A stretch of DNA of 64,000 bases, taken from positions 248,001 to 312,000 of IMG/VR virus record IMGVR_UViG_3300026078_000017. The stretch is one strand, 5' to 3'. Every line of letters begins with the position of its first letter. Position 1 is the first letter of the stretch. Made by a program: the position numbers and the translations under genes. Below, piece after piece: positions 16,948 through 25,821 of this stretch. The notes beneath the pieces were generated by a model. It made no database searches, had not been told where the DNA came from, and worked only from the letters and a program-made list of their open reading frames with translations.

Positions 16948-17238
16948 ATGCTTGAAAAGGATATTCAAGTTGGTGTTTTGGTAAGCACCATTAAAGGTGT
17001 TTACGAACTAAGTAATAACTTAGAATTAGACGTCAATTCTGTGTGGTTTCGTCAAATTCACAGAGAAAGTAAGGTCCACACATTCTTGATTTTGGATATT
17101 ATCCAAGGTCACAGACCTTGGAATATTGTTAAAGTGTTGTCAGTGGAGTTTCAGGATGTTTGGTGGATTAATCAAACTTGGCTTGAACCAATGTTTCAGG
17201 TTTTTGAGACCCCACCCTCCTCAGCTCTGTGGCGTTGA
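16948..17238 (+). CDS. small SH3/KOW-like protein (GD family)
   Basis: IQVGVLV...FLILD...VKVL. Confidence 0.7.
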   Translation: MLEKDIQVGVLVSTIKGVYELSNNLELDVNSVWFRQIHRESKVHTFLILDIIQGHRPWNIVKVLSVEFQDVWWINQTWLEPMFQVFETPPSSALWR

Positions 17239-17298
17239 TTTTTCTTGACCACCTCCTAGGTCCTGCTACAATCTGGTAACTTCTTCTCAGTTGGAGAC

Positions 17299-17730
17299 AT
17301 GAACATGAATGACTATACCTGGTTCGCTCAGATTCTGGTCGATGCGGATTACACGCCCCGCAAGTATTCTGGTCGTTTCATGTATGGAAAGCAGTGTCTT
17401 TCCATTCACCTCGATCGCGAGGATTCTCAGGCCCGGACCATCGGTCTGATTCTTGCGAACATGTCGATGGACAACAAGCATCCGGCACGGTTCAAGCAGG
17501 ATGTGCTTGATCTTTCGGAGATCTTGCAGGATGCTCGTGAGGATTCCATGGGCCTTGGAAGCGTCCTGTACTTCCCCAAGGTCACGTGGAAGGATTCCTA
17601 CGAGAATCCCACGGGCGAGGAAGAGGATTTCGACGAGGAAGACGAACAGAAGGAATGGGAAGACGAGCGTACCACGAACGCTCTTGAGTTGACCTGTTCC
17701 GATTCTGAGGAGATTTCTCCTAAGGGTTGA
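17299..17730 (+). CDS. conserved phage protein (YSGRxMYGxxC...DSMG motif)
   Basis: YSGRFMYGKQC, DSMGLGSVLYFP; acidic tail; own promoter. Confidence 0.8.
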   Translation: MNMNDYTWFAQILVDADYTPRKYSGRFMYGKQCLSIHLDREDSQARTIGLILANMSMDNKHPARFKQDVLDLSEILQDAREDSMGLGSVLYFPKVTWKDSYENPTGEEEDFDEEDEQKEWEDERTTNALELTCSDSEEISPKG

Positions 17731-17814
17731 CACCGGGGGTAGCTCCTGCTACCATTTCCTCTGTCCGTTTTGACATGTTTTTGAACATGTTTTGATGGAC
17801 GGAGGAAAACTGCT

Positions 17815-18075
17815 TTGAAGCCCACAGACATTTATACCAACGACTCGGGTAAGTCTTACATCATCACGTGGGTAAGCCCTGTCGAAAGTCTTATTTCTGC
17901 GGAGCCTGTGAGGGCTTTCCAGGGCATTTCTCTACCCCCCCACCTCCTAGCTCCTTCTAGGTTCCGCAGGATTTTCTGTGCGATTCTCGTGGCGCACTAC
18001 TGGTTAGTTCGTGGAGTCAAACGCCTTTATTGGGAGTTGATTTACCAGCCAGGGGTTTGGAAGAAACGTGGTTGA
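17815..18075 (+). CDS. hypothetical protein
   Basis: GGAGG RBS, TTG start. Confidence 0.5.
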   Translation: MKPTDIYTNDSGKSYIITWVSPVESLISAEPVRAFQGISLPPHLLAPSRFRRIFCAILVAHYWLVRGVKRLYWELIYQPGVWKKRG

Positions 18076-18322
18076 CTATATCTACAAACACTTAACGGTC
18101 GAAAATCGAACGATTGAAGTTGGAGACTTATTCAGCTTGCCTTCGGCAAGTAAGGTTTATCGAGAGGTTAATGGATTATGGCTGGTGATTGCCATTGAAA
18201 TCAGGGATAAACCTTTTGAAAATGGAGCCGTGTTTGTTTCCGCAGTAAACAAAAACAATCGAAAGGACCATTTTTGGCCTGAGATTGAAAACGTACAGGT
18301 TATTTCTCGTGTACCACCTTGA
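18068..18322 (+). CDS. small SH3/KOW-like protein (GD family)
   Basis: IEVGDLF...LWLVI...VISR. Confidence 0.75.
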   Translation: MVDYIYKHLTVENRTIEVGDLFSLPSASKVYREVNGLWLVIAIEIRDKPFENGAVFVSAVNKNNRKDHFWPEIENVQVISRVPP

Positions 18323-18536
18323 CAACACAGAACAGGTATATCGCTTTCAACCGGCAACCAATGAGGTTGTTCCTGGGGACTTGGTCATTCATAATACTGG
18401 AATGGTTCAGCTTTGGTTAGTTTTAGCAGTGTGGGGTCAGGCTCGGGACTGTTGGGTTGAAATGATGAGCTTAACCACTCATCGCAAAGTGCAGAATCCT
18501 ATTGAAGTCTTGATGGTTGCGACCCCCACCTCCTAG
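18285..18536 (+). CDS. small SH3/KOW-like protein (GD family)
   Basis: VVPGDLVI...LWLVL; start uncertain. Confidence 0.65.
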   Translation: MKTYRLFLVYHLDNTEQVYRFQPATNEVVPGDLVIHNTGMVQLWLVLAVWGQARDCWVEMMSLTTHRKVQNPIEVLMVATPTS

Positions 18537-18544
18537 GTGCTCCT

Positions 18545-18802
18545 ATGTTCACCAAGCTTAAACAAAAAATAATCTACAAGCTCACACGTGTGTTAAACAA
18601 GGCAATGTGGGTTCCCGAGAAGGGAGACCTTGTCAAGGGAATTTTCCTAAACCCAAAAGAGCTTTGGCTTGTGATGGAAGTGAACGACTCAAGCAGTGGG
18701 TATGGAAAAACTTTAACGCTCCTGAACTTGAACAGCAATCATATTTTGCAGTTTGGGTGGACAGAAGACATTGAAATTGTTACGAAGGCGGATGACCAGT
18801 GA
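18545..18802 (+). CDS. small SH3/KOW-like protein (GD family)
   Basis: PEKGDLVK...LWLVM...LLNL. Confidence 0.75.
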   Translation: MFTKLKQKIIYKLTRVLNKAMWVPEKGDLVKGIFLNPKELWLVMEVNDSSSGYGKTLTLLNLNSNHILQFGWTEDIEIVTKADDQ

Positions 18803-19044
18803 GAGTCAATCCCAAAGTGGGCGACTTGGTTAAACTTGATCGTCAAGATCTTACCAACAGATACGCTTCTGTCAAACAGGAAAATGAACCCACGTGGCTC
18901 ATATTGGATCTGGTTGAGGACAGAACAATATCGGGCACCAAAAGGTGGACACATAAAGCCTTGAACTTGCGGTCAAATGATGTTATGTGGTTTGGCCTTG
19001 AAGGAACTGTGTGGATTGTTGTGTCCTCAGCAGGTCAGAAATGA
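18799..19044 (+). CDS. small SH3/KOW-like protein (GD family)
   Basis: PKVGDLVK...WLILD...ALNL. Confidence 0.75.
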   Translation: MRVNPKVGDLVKLDRQDLTNRYASVKQENEPTWLILDLVEDRTISGTKRWTHKALNLRSNDVMWFGLEGTVWIVVSSAGQK

Positions 19045-19304
19045 TTACCTTTGAACAATTTGAGGCACTTGTCCCTGGGGACATATTCTCCCGTGAGTGG
19101 ACCGAACTAGATCAAGATGGCAATAAGTTGCTTTTACGCGATGTGTGCATGGTGCTTGAAAAACCCCGAATGCACGATAGACCCCACCCACACATGTTGA
19201 CCGTGTGGTGTCACAGACTAAATACAAACACCAAAATGACATATGTGTGGGCTAGAGAACTAGCTCACACATACACCTTTTGGGTTGGTCAAGAAGACGA
19301 GTGA
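19041..19304 (+). CDS. small SH3/KOW-like protein (GD family)
   Basis: LVPGDIF...MVLEKP. Confidence 0.7.
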   Translation: MITFEQFEALVPGDIFSREWTELDQDGNKLLLRDVCMVLEKPRMHDRPHPHMLTVWCHRLNTNTKMTYVWARELAHTYTFWVGQEDE

Positions 19305-19540
19305 TTGTCTGTCGAGAAGCGTGACATTCTGATCTTTTGGGTTGCATCATAGGTCACGGGAAACTTCGTGTGTGACTTCATCATGAAGTAAGTGACAACC
19401 ATGTACGGCTTACCATTCTGCTTTCTCGCGTAGTGGTGAATTTCCAGAACCAACATTGCTGCATCCGGGTTGAATTCTCCGGACAAGGACAGCATGTCGC
19501 CAACCTGTAGATCCGTAACACTGGTGAATCCCTGAGACAT
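19289..19540 (-). CDS. small SH3/KOW-like protein (GD family)
   Basis: LQVGDML...MLVLE; own promoter. Confidence 0.7.
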   Translation of the reverse strand: MSQGFTSVTDLQVGDMLSLSGEFNPDAAMLVLEIHHYARKQNGKPYMVVTYFMMKSHTKFPVTYDATQKIRMSRFSTDNHSSS

Positions 19541-19578
19541 GAGGATATTATAGCATCCTCATGATTTAGTGCAAGGGA

Positions 19579-19824
19579 TTATTCCTTGGGCCAGATTTGC
19601 ACGCCATCACGAAATACTATCTCAGGACTTTCAATAGGCGTGGCGACTAGACTAAGTGAGCTTTTTTTAGCTCCACTTTTACCAAAAACAAACGCTTCAC
19701 CTTGACCAATCAAGGAAATGATGAGATACCAGTCATGGGTGTCGTAAATTAAGTCACCGACTTGAAGCTCATCTCTAAAGTCACCAAAAACAAGTCTATC
19801 GACATACTTGATAGGAAGTCCCAC
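19579..19824 (-). CDS. small SH3/KOW-like protein (RDGxxIWP subfamily)
   Basis: LQVGDLIY...FRDGVQIWP. Confidence 0.75.
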   Translation of the reverse strand: MGLPIKYVDRLVFGDFRDELQVGDLIYDTHDWYLIISLIGQGEAFVFGKSGAKKSSLSLVATPIESPEIVFRDGVQIWPKE

Positions 19825-19826
19825 AG

Positions 19827-20132
19827 TTAGATTTGTTCCTTAGGCCAGATTTTCTTTCCATCTCGCCAGATTTCATCATAGGACAACAAGCCAGGTTCTA
19901 GGTCCCATGAACAGGTTTCGTGTGTGGTGAGACACCACAACTTCATGTAACGAGTCATGTCAGTACCAAAACGTGAGGAGTCTTCTGGTTCATATTCCAA
20001 ACACAAAAACCAACCTTTATTACGGGTTTCAGGAAAATCATTTCTGGTAAACCACAGGTCACCAGGCTGGACTACTTCTCTTGCGGACATACCTTCTTGT
20101 TCTTCGTTTTCGACAATGTCCCAGTTGGCCAT
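19827..20132 (-). CDS. small SH3/KOW-like protein (RDGxxIWP subfamily)
   Basis: VQPGDLW...WRDGKKIWP. Confidence 0.75.
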   Translation of the reverse strand: MANWDIVENEEQEGMSAREVVQPGDLWFTRNDFPETRNKGWFLCLEYEPEDSSRFGTDMTRYMKLWCLTTHETCSWDLEPGLLSYDEIWRDGKKIWPKEQI

Positions 20133-20413
20133 ATTTTCTTTCCGTCTCGAAAAATCTGCATGAGTCTCTTAGACAACAAGGCTGAGGTGTAAATCAGGTG
20201 TTTGGTATTATCTTCAAGACACAAGACATTCCAATAAACGTCGTCTGGAAGACCCATGAATTCTGGTGGTGGCATGTGAGGTGACACATCCAAAATAAGA
20301 TATTTTATCCACGTCTCCTCAGAGCCCTGAATTTTTAGGTACAGCAAGTCACCAATCTGACATACCGTACAAATCCTGAGCTTGTCATCCATCGGCATCC
20401 ACAAGAGTACCAC
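20072..20413 (-). CDS. small SH3/KOW-like protein (RDGxxIWP subfamily)
   Basis: QIGDLLY...YLILD...FRDGKKIWP. Confidence 0.75.
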   Translation of the reverse strand: MVLLWMPMDDKLRICTVCQIGDLLYLKIQGSEETWIKYLILDVSPHMPPPEFMGLPDDVYWNVLCLEDNTKHLIYTSALLSKRLMQIFRDGKKIWPTGTLSKTKNKKVCPQEK

Positions 20414-20433
20414 AAGAATTCAGGTGGTCAAGG

Positions 20434-20892
20434 TCATTTTTTCTTGGAGGGTGTTCCGGTAGATGAGAGAGGAAATGGATAACTTGTTGAATTGGTTATC
20501 ATCGCCGGAAAAGAAAAACTGGTTGCAGAGCTATTTGTAGTGGTTGATGTGGCATACATCATCTCACGAGGGTCAACTGGCTCACCTGTTTCCTCTGTAG
20601 AAGCAAGCAGTTCAACGCCAGAGTCATTGATTCCATTTGAAGAAAAATAAAATGTGGTTCTCTTGAAGTTGTTGACACCAGAAGTAAGCCACATGACCTG
20701 ACATACAAAATACACACTGCCATCAAACTTAGGTTGCGTGATTACCAGAAAGGTAATAGGATCTGGACTCACAGGAACAGGTCCGTTGTTCTGACTTTGT
20801 TGATATTTTACATGCGTGAACATGTCGCCCTTCTTGAAGCGACGTCTTTTCACGGGTAGACTCTTTACTATGTTGAAATTTACCACTGTCAT
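20434..20892 (-). CDS. SH3/KOW-like protein with S/T-rich tail (GD family)
   Basis: FKKGDMF...FLVITQP. Confidence 0.7.
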   Translation of the reverse strand: MTVVNFNIVKSLPVKRRRFKKGDMFTHVKYQQSQNNGPVPVSPDPITFLVITQPKFDGSVYFVCQVMWLTSGVNNFKRTTFYFSSNGINDSGVELLASTEETGEPVDPREMMYATSTTTNSSATSFSFPAMITNSTSYPFPLSSTGTPSKKK

Positions 20893-21122
20893 TCCAGGTT
20901 CTGCAACAAAATAAATTTCTCCAAGAGACTTTGTTGAAATCTTATCTTTTGCTGCTTCTTGAAGTCAAAGACCCTGTAGGAAGGTTCTCGGGTCATGCCC
21001 AATGCATTTTTCCCGCCCGCCACGTGCTCTAGGACAAGCCATCTTGGCTTAGCTGGGCTGCCATCGTCTCTCACAGTCACGAGGGCTACAAGGTCCCCAG
21101 GAGCGAACTTAAACTTGGTCAT
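20889..21122 (-). CDS. small SH3/KOW-like protein (GD family)
   Basis: FKFAPGDLV...WLVLE...VFDF. Confidence 0.75.
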   Translation of the reverse strand: MTKFKFAPGDLVALVTVRDDGSPAKPRWLVLEHVAGGKNALGMTREPSYRVFDFKKQQKIRFQQSLLEKFILLQNLE

Positions 21123-21403
21123 TGGACATCCATCAAAAGACGATAACATGTGCTGTTGTCAACTTGTAGTGAATATCTTTTGTTTTCGGTGAGACTATAA
21201 ACGATTACGACATACTCACGGAAATATTGTTCCTTACCGCTAGAGGAAAGCCATCGAGCCCTTTCTGTTAGCTCCTTTGGTTCATCCACGACCAAGTAGG
21301 TCAGTTTCTTACTGTCACCAAGGAATTGGAATATGTCACCCATTTTCAGTGGGTGACTCTTGAACTGAAACTCTCCATCGCCCTCAAGGAAGTTAAATGG
21401 CAT
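21119..21403 (-). CDS. small SH3/KOW-like protein (GD family)
   Basis: LKMGDIF...YLVVDEP. Confidence 0.7.
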   Translation of the reverse strand: MPFNFLEGDGEFQFKSHPLKMGDIFQFLGDSKKLTYLVVDEPKELTERARWLSSSGKEQYFREYVVIVYSLTENKRYSLQVDNSTCYRLLMDVQ

Positions 21404-21635
21404 TCATTTCTTCCCCTGTTTCGCCTGCCCACACACAGTTTGTCTCCAAAAAGTGTTTTCGGACTCGTGATCGTCTGTTTAGACTAAGGTCCCAAATCAA
21501 GTAGTAGTCCACTGCATATTCCTCATATGTGGCTTCCACGGTCTCGGAGCAAATCTGCTCTAAGACCAAGTAATAGTGCGTTTGGGACAAGTTTGACACA
21601 ACATCCCCACGTTGATATTTGAACCTAGAAGTCAT
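21393..21635 (-). CDS. small SH3/KOW-like protein (GD family)
   Basis: FKYQRGDVV...YLVLE...IWDL. Confidence 0.75.
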   Translation of the reverse strand: MTSRFKYQRGDVVSNLSQTHYYLVLEQICSETVEATYEEYAVDYYLIWDLSLNRRSRVRKHFLETNCVWAGETGEEMNAI

Positions 21636-21832
21636 TCGGTTTTCATCTTTAGAAGGCGTGCGTTTACGTAAAGGTAGTCATACCAAACAATTTTGTTTGG
21701 TTTTAAGTCCCAAAGGACGTATACTTCTTCCTGTAAATCTGTATCCAAGACCATCCACAAGTGTTTGGTTCTTATTCCAAGCTGTTCCATTTGGAGAAGT
21801 TCGCCCACCTTGAATTTGAAGTTAAGGCTCAT
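21632..21832 (-). CDS. small SH3/KOW-like protein (GD family)
   Basis: FKFKVGELL...WMVLD...LWDL. Confidence 0.7.
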   Translation of the reverse strand: MSLNFKFKVGELLQMEQLGIRTKHLWMVLDTDLQEEVYVLWDLKPNKIVWYDYLYVNARLLKMKTE

Positions 21833-22136
21833 ACTTGAAATTTTGGTCTGTGTCAAATGACCAAAACAATTCTCCATCTCGATAGACCTTGTCGCTTTTG
21901 TAGATGGAGTCAAAGTGGGGATGTTTCCATCCAGACTGGATATCCATAACTTCCCATCGGATGGAATTCCAATAGTCCCTTGGACTGCGACGTAATACCA
22001 GGAAATTAATCCCTCCGGAGTCGACGACGATGTCTCCTGGCACAAGGTTTGCCACAATGGTACGAGCATACTCAACCCACTGCGCGTGGATTCTTTCACG
22101 TTCCTCTAGGGCAAGCATTTCTTCTTCGGGAGTCAT
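21822..22136 (-). CDS. small SH3/KOW-like protein (RDG subfamily)
   Basis: LVPGDIVV...FLVL...YRDGELFW. Confidence 0.75.
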   Translation of the reverse strand: MTPEEEMLALEERERIHAQWVEYARTIVANLVPGDIVVDSGGINFLVLRRSPRDYWNSIRWEVMDIQSGWKHPHFDSIYKSDKVYRDGELFWSFDTDQNFKYEP

Positions 22137-22396
22137 AGTCGTTGTTGAATTCTAAAAGCTTCCTGGATATGGATCATCTCATAATCCTTATATCCGAAAC
22201 TGGAAAATCCATCATTGCACCAAAAATAGACCTGCCAGAAACTTATTTCGTTCCAATTTTGCCAAGTGCACTTAGTAATAATGGCCCAGCACTTTATGGC
22301 ACCTGGACGTTTGAATTCGACCAAGTCACCAGGAGTGTAAAGACACTTGTAGAAGAGAGGATCTTCTGTTGGTTGAGTTTCAGAAATCATAGGCAA
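22133..22396 (-). CDS. small SH3/KOW-like protein (GD family)
   Basis: YTPGDLVEF. Confidence 0.65.
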   Translation of the reverse strand: MPMISETQPTEDPLFYKCLYTPGDLVEFKRPGAIKCWAIITKCTWQNWNEISFWQVYFWCNDGFSSFGYKDYEMIHIQEAFRIQQRL

Positions 22397-22652
22397 GAGC
22401 CTGAGCCAGGTGACTCAGGAAATCCATCACGTCACCATTTGCGAAGTCGATGCGACGAAGCATATCGGCGATCTTCTCCTGTTCCTGAGCAGGAGCCGAG
22501 TACAGAATGGTGTCGATCACCACACCAGCCTCGATCACATTCTCCGTGCCAAGAGGTGCCGTGACGTGGAACGTGTGGTCACGATCCAGGTCCTTCTCGG
22601 CAAAGAAATCGGTGAGGTACTTCTTCGTGGACTGCGTCTTGGTGTTGGACAT
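22380..22652 (-). CDS. conserved phage hypothetical protein
   Basis: FFAEKDL...IDFANGDVMDFLSHLA; GC-rich codons; own promoter. Confidence 0.8.
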   Translation of the reverse strand: MSNTKTQSTKKYLTDFFAEKDLDRDHTFHVTAPLGTENVIEAGVVIDTILYSAPAQEQEKIADMLRRIDFANGDVMDFLSHLAQALAYDF

Positions 22653-22735
22653 GAGGTTATGATAGCACCCAACAAAGAAGGCGCAACAAAAATCTTTTTG
22701 TGGCAGTTCAAGACCCTTCATGATAGACTTGTCTC

Positions 22736-22990
22736 GTGGCCTTTAATTTTCTTCAGGAAACAATTGAAGTCGGAGACATGCTCAAGTGGCAATATATGCC
22801 AAACGGACTACCAGAGTATTTTCTTGTGGTTTCCGCATCATCGATGATAGTCACCGAAAATCAGTTTAATCTCAGGTTTTTCTGTGAGATTGGAATCCAG
22901 GTCTTAGACTTGAAGACTTCACATGTTGAGGTTGACTTGGTGATTGACTCAACAAATCAAGCTTATTGGACTAAGGTTTATCCAACCTAG
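22736..22990 (+). CDS. small SH3/KOW-like protein (GD family)
   Basis: IEVGDMLKW...FLVV...VLDL. Confidence 0.7.
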   Translation: MAFNFLQETIEVGDMLKWQYMPNGLPEYFLVVSASSMIVTENQFNLRFFCEIGIQVLDLKTSHVEVDLVIDSTNQAYWTKVYPT

Positions 22991-23204
22991 ACATCAGAAG
23001 GTATTTCTTCTGGTAGTCATCTTGATACATGTTGAAGTCGTGAAATTGTCTTGTAGTGAGGTTGACACAGGTAGCTCGAATGCTACCTCGACTTTCATGG
23101 TCAACAGCCAAAACAAGCCAACAGTGCATCGGATTAACGGGATTTAATGGAACCGGATTGAAGTACCGGAACAAATCACCGACAATCGGATATCTGACTG
23201 TCAT
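22971..23204 (-). CDS. small SH3/KOW-like protein (GD family)
   Basis: PIVGDLF...WLVL...LMSR. Confidence 0.75.
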   Translation of the reverse strand: MTVRYPIVGDLFRYFNPVPLNPVNPMHCWLVLAVDHESRGSIRATCVNLTTRQFHDFNMYQDDYQKKYLLMSRLDKP

Positions 23205-23223
23205 TTCCCTAAATAGGGAAACC

Positions 23224-23532
23224 TTAGGCCGATTGTATCAAAATGTAGGCATGCTGAACAGAATCATCATCCCAAACCATATGAGGAATAAGTCTACTTT
23301 GATTGAGGGTGTCCTTGATTAGCAGAATCCTAAAAACCCAAACAAACTCTACATCATTCCCAAATGCATATTTTTGGTCATAGCTTTTTTCTACATTTAA
23401 CATAAGCCAGACACAGTCCCACAGTTCATCCTTGACTGGTTCTGGTTTTTTGCCAGAAATACCATCACGAATTGGCACTCGTTGATCTCGCCAGTAGAAC
23501 AAGTCACCAACCTGAGGGATTTTGGGTGTCAT
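23224..23532 (-). CDS. small SH3/KOW-like protein (GD family)
   Basis: PQVGDLFY...VWLML. Confidence 0.7.
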   Translation of the reverse strand: MTPKIPQVGDLFYWRDQRVPIRDGISGKKPEPVKDELWDCVWLMLNVEKSYDQKYAFGNDVEFVWVFRILLIKDTLNQSRLIPHMVWDDDSVQHAYILIQSA

Positions 23533-23824
23533 CTGTTGCCTGCATCTCAATCATGGTACGCTTTGATTCCGAAATGGTGATCTTTCGAGTTATGTTATCT
23601 TTGGTCAATATTGTCATTTGAACCCACTTCTTGCATCGTTTGTGGATTTCAAGAACAAGGTAATACGAAAACTCAGGCATGTTCCTTTGCCAGGATTGCG
23701 TGGCATAGTCCCAAGAAATGCCTTTGTGTTTTTTACGAACAAGCCATCCTTCCTGGACTTTTTGCGTGTCGAATAAAATGAACATGTGTATGTCAGACTT
23801 TAGCACCGAACCCATAGAGATCAA
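23504..23824 (-). CDS. small SH3-like protein (GD family, divergent)
   Basis: MGSVL...YYLVLE. Confidence 0.6.
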   Translation of the reverse strand: MISMGSVLKSDIHMFILFDTQKVQEGWLVRKKHKGISWDYATQSWQRNMPEFSYYLVLEIHKRCKKWVQMTILTKDNITRKITISESKRTMIEMQATDDTQNPSGW

Positions 23825-23828
23825 ATGG

Positions 23829-23863
23829 AAAAGGATGGAACCCCATTTCGGTGTTCCACCCTT
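23829..23863 (-). terminator. intrinsic terminator of the 24 kb ncRNA unit
   Basis: AAGGGTGGAAC...GTTCCATCC-TTTT on minus strand. Confidence 0.7.
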
Positions 23864-24190
23864 CTCAGCAGATTATTGCGACTTTCGACATTGCTGGCAC
23901 TTGTCTAAAGCCTAACTGACTTCGGTCCAGCCCCGGTCAGCGTAACAGCCTCGCTTATCTATGAGCACAGTTGTTTCTCTATTATCTTAATTAGAGGGTT
24001 GCTAGTTTATTGGTTTGAGTGAGGGAACTATGTTCCTGAGCTGAATGCACCGAGCCTGCTCGTAATCGACCCTACTTGCCTAAAATTAGGGTGGCTTTCA
24101 TGCCGACTACCAAGGACTTTATGTGCGCACATACACCTAGGGAGCGTCCTCCAAGGTCAGGTTAGGTGCATTCAACTCAGGAACATCATG
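23864..24190 (-). ncRNA. putative promoter- and terminator-bounded structured ncRNA(s)
   Basis: ORF-free; promoter TTGACA(24223-24218)-16bp-TACAGT; 22-bp inverted repeat 24030-24051/24165-24186. Confidence 0.6.
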
Positions 24191-24219
24191 AACTTACTGT
24201 AGCAAGACTTTTGGAAGTG

Positions 24220-24543
24220 TCAAGCTGTTTCCTGCTCGGTCTGCTTGAGCCAGAGACACGAGTTTGCGTCCACACCCTTGACGATGAACGTCACGTGATC
24301 GACGGAGCACTCACGCGGATACATGGTCACATCCGTAGGCTGGATGTTGAAGTGTGCGGCAACAACCGGAATCAGACGACTCACCACCTTGCGATAGGCC
24401 GTAGACTGACCAATATTTGCCATCTCCGCGTACTGGTCGCCCGTAAGAGCCACACGAACACGACCATTCTTGCGCGGTCGACCCTTCATGCCGGTCTGCG
24501 AGGGAAGCGAAGTGGTCTGCTCAAGAGAAAGAAGCGTCGTCAT
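24220..24543 (-). CDS. hypothetical protein with AT-hook-like motif
   Basis: KGRPRK; GC-rich codons; own promoter. Confidence 0.75.
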   Translation of the reverse strand: MTTLLSLEQTTSLPSQTGMKGRPRKNGRVRVALTGDQYAEMANIGQSTAYRKVVSRLIPVVAAHFNIQPTDVTMYPRECSVDHVTFIVKGVDANSCLWLKQTEQETA

Positions 24544-24618
24544 TTGGGAATCCTTTTGTTGGTGACTTCGAACTCATTTGTTTTAGCGTATTTTCCGAAA
24601 GGCGCAAGAAGTTTTTTT

Positions 24619-24849
24619 TCACTCAGTCCTAGACAAAATTTTGTAAAACCTTATTTGATTCGGCCAGATATGAAAAGATCTTGCAAGACCTGCATAGTTG
24701 TCAGACAGAAAAAAGGCATGCCACACACGACAACTTTCTCGCCATCCTAAATCCTTTAATAGCAAAACCCGATAATAACCAGTGTCATAGTCAACAATGT
24801 CACCAACTCGAAATCTTTCAATGTCTTCAAGGTCTTCTTGATTATTCAC
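24619..24849 (-). CDS. small SH3/KOW-like protein (GD family)
   Basis: FRVGDIVD...VLLL...ILSR. Confidence 0.7.
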   Translation of the reverse strand: MNNQEDLEDIERFRVGDIVDYDTGYYRVLLLKDLGWRESCRVWHAFFLSDNYAGLARSFHIWPNQIRFYKILSRTE

Positions 24850-25121
24850 TGGTTATCCTCAGACAACAAAAAATATTCATGAGAACGGACATTCCCAATC
24901 CACCAACACTCACTGATGGTTTTGTGAAACAGGACTGGAATCTGATTGATTATCCAGCCTTTTCCCTTCCATCTTTCTGTTGCACGACTGTAATCGTCAA
25001 CAGTGAAATTTTCAAGCACCAAATAAGTGACTTTGATGAGTGAGCCATCAGACATGGTCTGACGGAGGAAAATCAAATCACCTGTTTTAGGTGGTCGAGT
25101 TAGAGTCTTCATCACATTCAT
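24846..25121 (-). CDS. small SH3/KOW-like protein (GD family)
   Basis: PKTGDLIF...YLVLE. Confidence 0.7.
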   Translation of the reverse strand: MNVMKTLTRPPKTGDLIFLRQTMSDGSLIKVTYLVLENFTVDDYSRATERWKGKGWIINQIPVLFHKTISECWWIGNVRSHEYFLLSEDNQ

Positions 25122-25545
25122 CCCACGAGGTCTGACTCATGACTACCTCAGTTGGTACAACAACGCACAGAATGCCTTGCATCTTGGCAACCCTGACCTT
25201 ATGTTCCGTCCAACCTTCTGGACTCACCCGATCCCACCCATTTCGCTTGGCATCGCCAACCGACGAGAAAATCTTGAGAGTGCCGAGAATCTTGGCAAGG
25301 TTCCAGTGCCTTGGACACTTGAAAGCAGGCGCACGGGTCAAGTGTAGGTCACTGGTGAGGGATTCCTTCCAGCGTTCGTCAGGGATTTCGTCAAACCCAA
25401 CAAAGACCGTCCCAAAGAAGGGCATCCGAATAAGGTGCGTCTTTTCTTTGTTCAGAATTTGAGAGGAATCAAGGTGATCCTGACATGCCTTAACCCACTC
25501 GGGAAGGTCAAAAGGCTTCTCTTCAAGATTTTGTAGAGGACGCAT
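25087..25545 (-). CDS. protein with S4-like RNA-binding motif
   Basis: LAKILGTLKIFSSVGDAKRNG resembles S4/TyrRS C-terminal motif. Confidence 0.55.
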   Translation of the reverse strand: MRPLQNLEEKPFDLPEWVKACQDHLDSSQILNKEKTHLIRMPFFGTVFVGFDEIPDERWKESLTSDLHLTRAPAFKCPRHWNLAKILGTLKIFSSVGDAKRNGWDRVSPEGWTEHKVRVAKMQGILCVVVPTEVVMSQTSWDECDEDSNSTT

Positions 25546-25583
25546 GATTCACCAATCTTAGCATTTAGAGCATGGGTGTCAAG

Positions 25584-25615
25584 AAAAAAGCCCACCAGTT
25601 TTTATCCTGGTGGGC
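25584..25615 (-). terminator. intrinsic terminator
   Basis: GCCCACCAG...CTGGTGGGC-TTTTTT. Confidence 0.8.
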
Positions 25616-25624
25616 CAAAAGGGG

Positions 25625-25789
25625 CTCCTCGTAAAGGACTCGAACCTTCGATAATCGAAACTCTCGGACTCTACAGCTTCTAGAACACTGCCTTTCAGCA
25701 CAGAAATTTTCCATTGTTGTACTTCCAACGGATCCAGTCTGACTTACTCGCCGACTCCTACTAGTTTCTCTCACCCACCATGACGAGGC
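25625..25789 (-). ncRNA. tRNA-like RNA with ~100 nt central expansion
   Basis: CCTCGT/ACGAGG acceptor, T-arm GAAGG-TTCGAGT-CCTTT; own promoter (25825-25798) and terminator. Confidence 0.6.
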
Positions 25790-25821
25790 ATGAAGTTGTT
25801 TTAGCTCATTCCTTGGACTTG

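Larger units (their letters stand above)
16921..18537 (+). repeat. dispersed CCC(C/T)ACCTCCTAG motif cluster
   Basis: Copies at ~16921, 17249, 17938, 18523, degenerate at 17210. Confidence 0.55.

Noticed and set aside
25625-25789. tmRNA
   Set aside because: Too short, no G3-U70 alanine identity pair, and no tag reading frame found.
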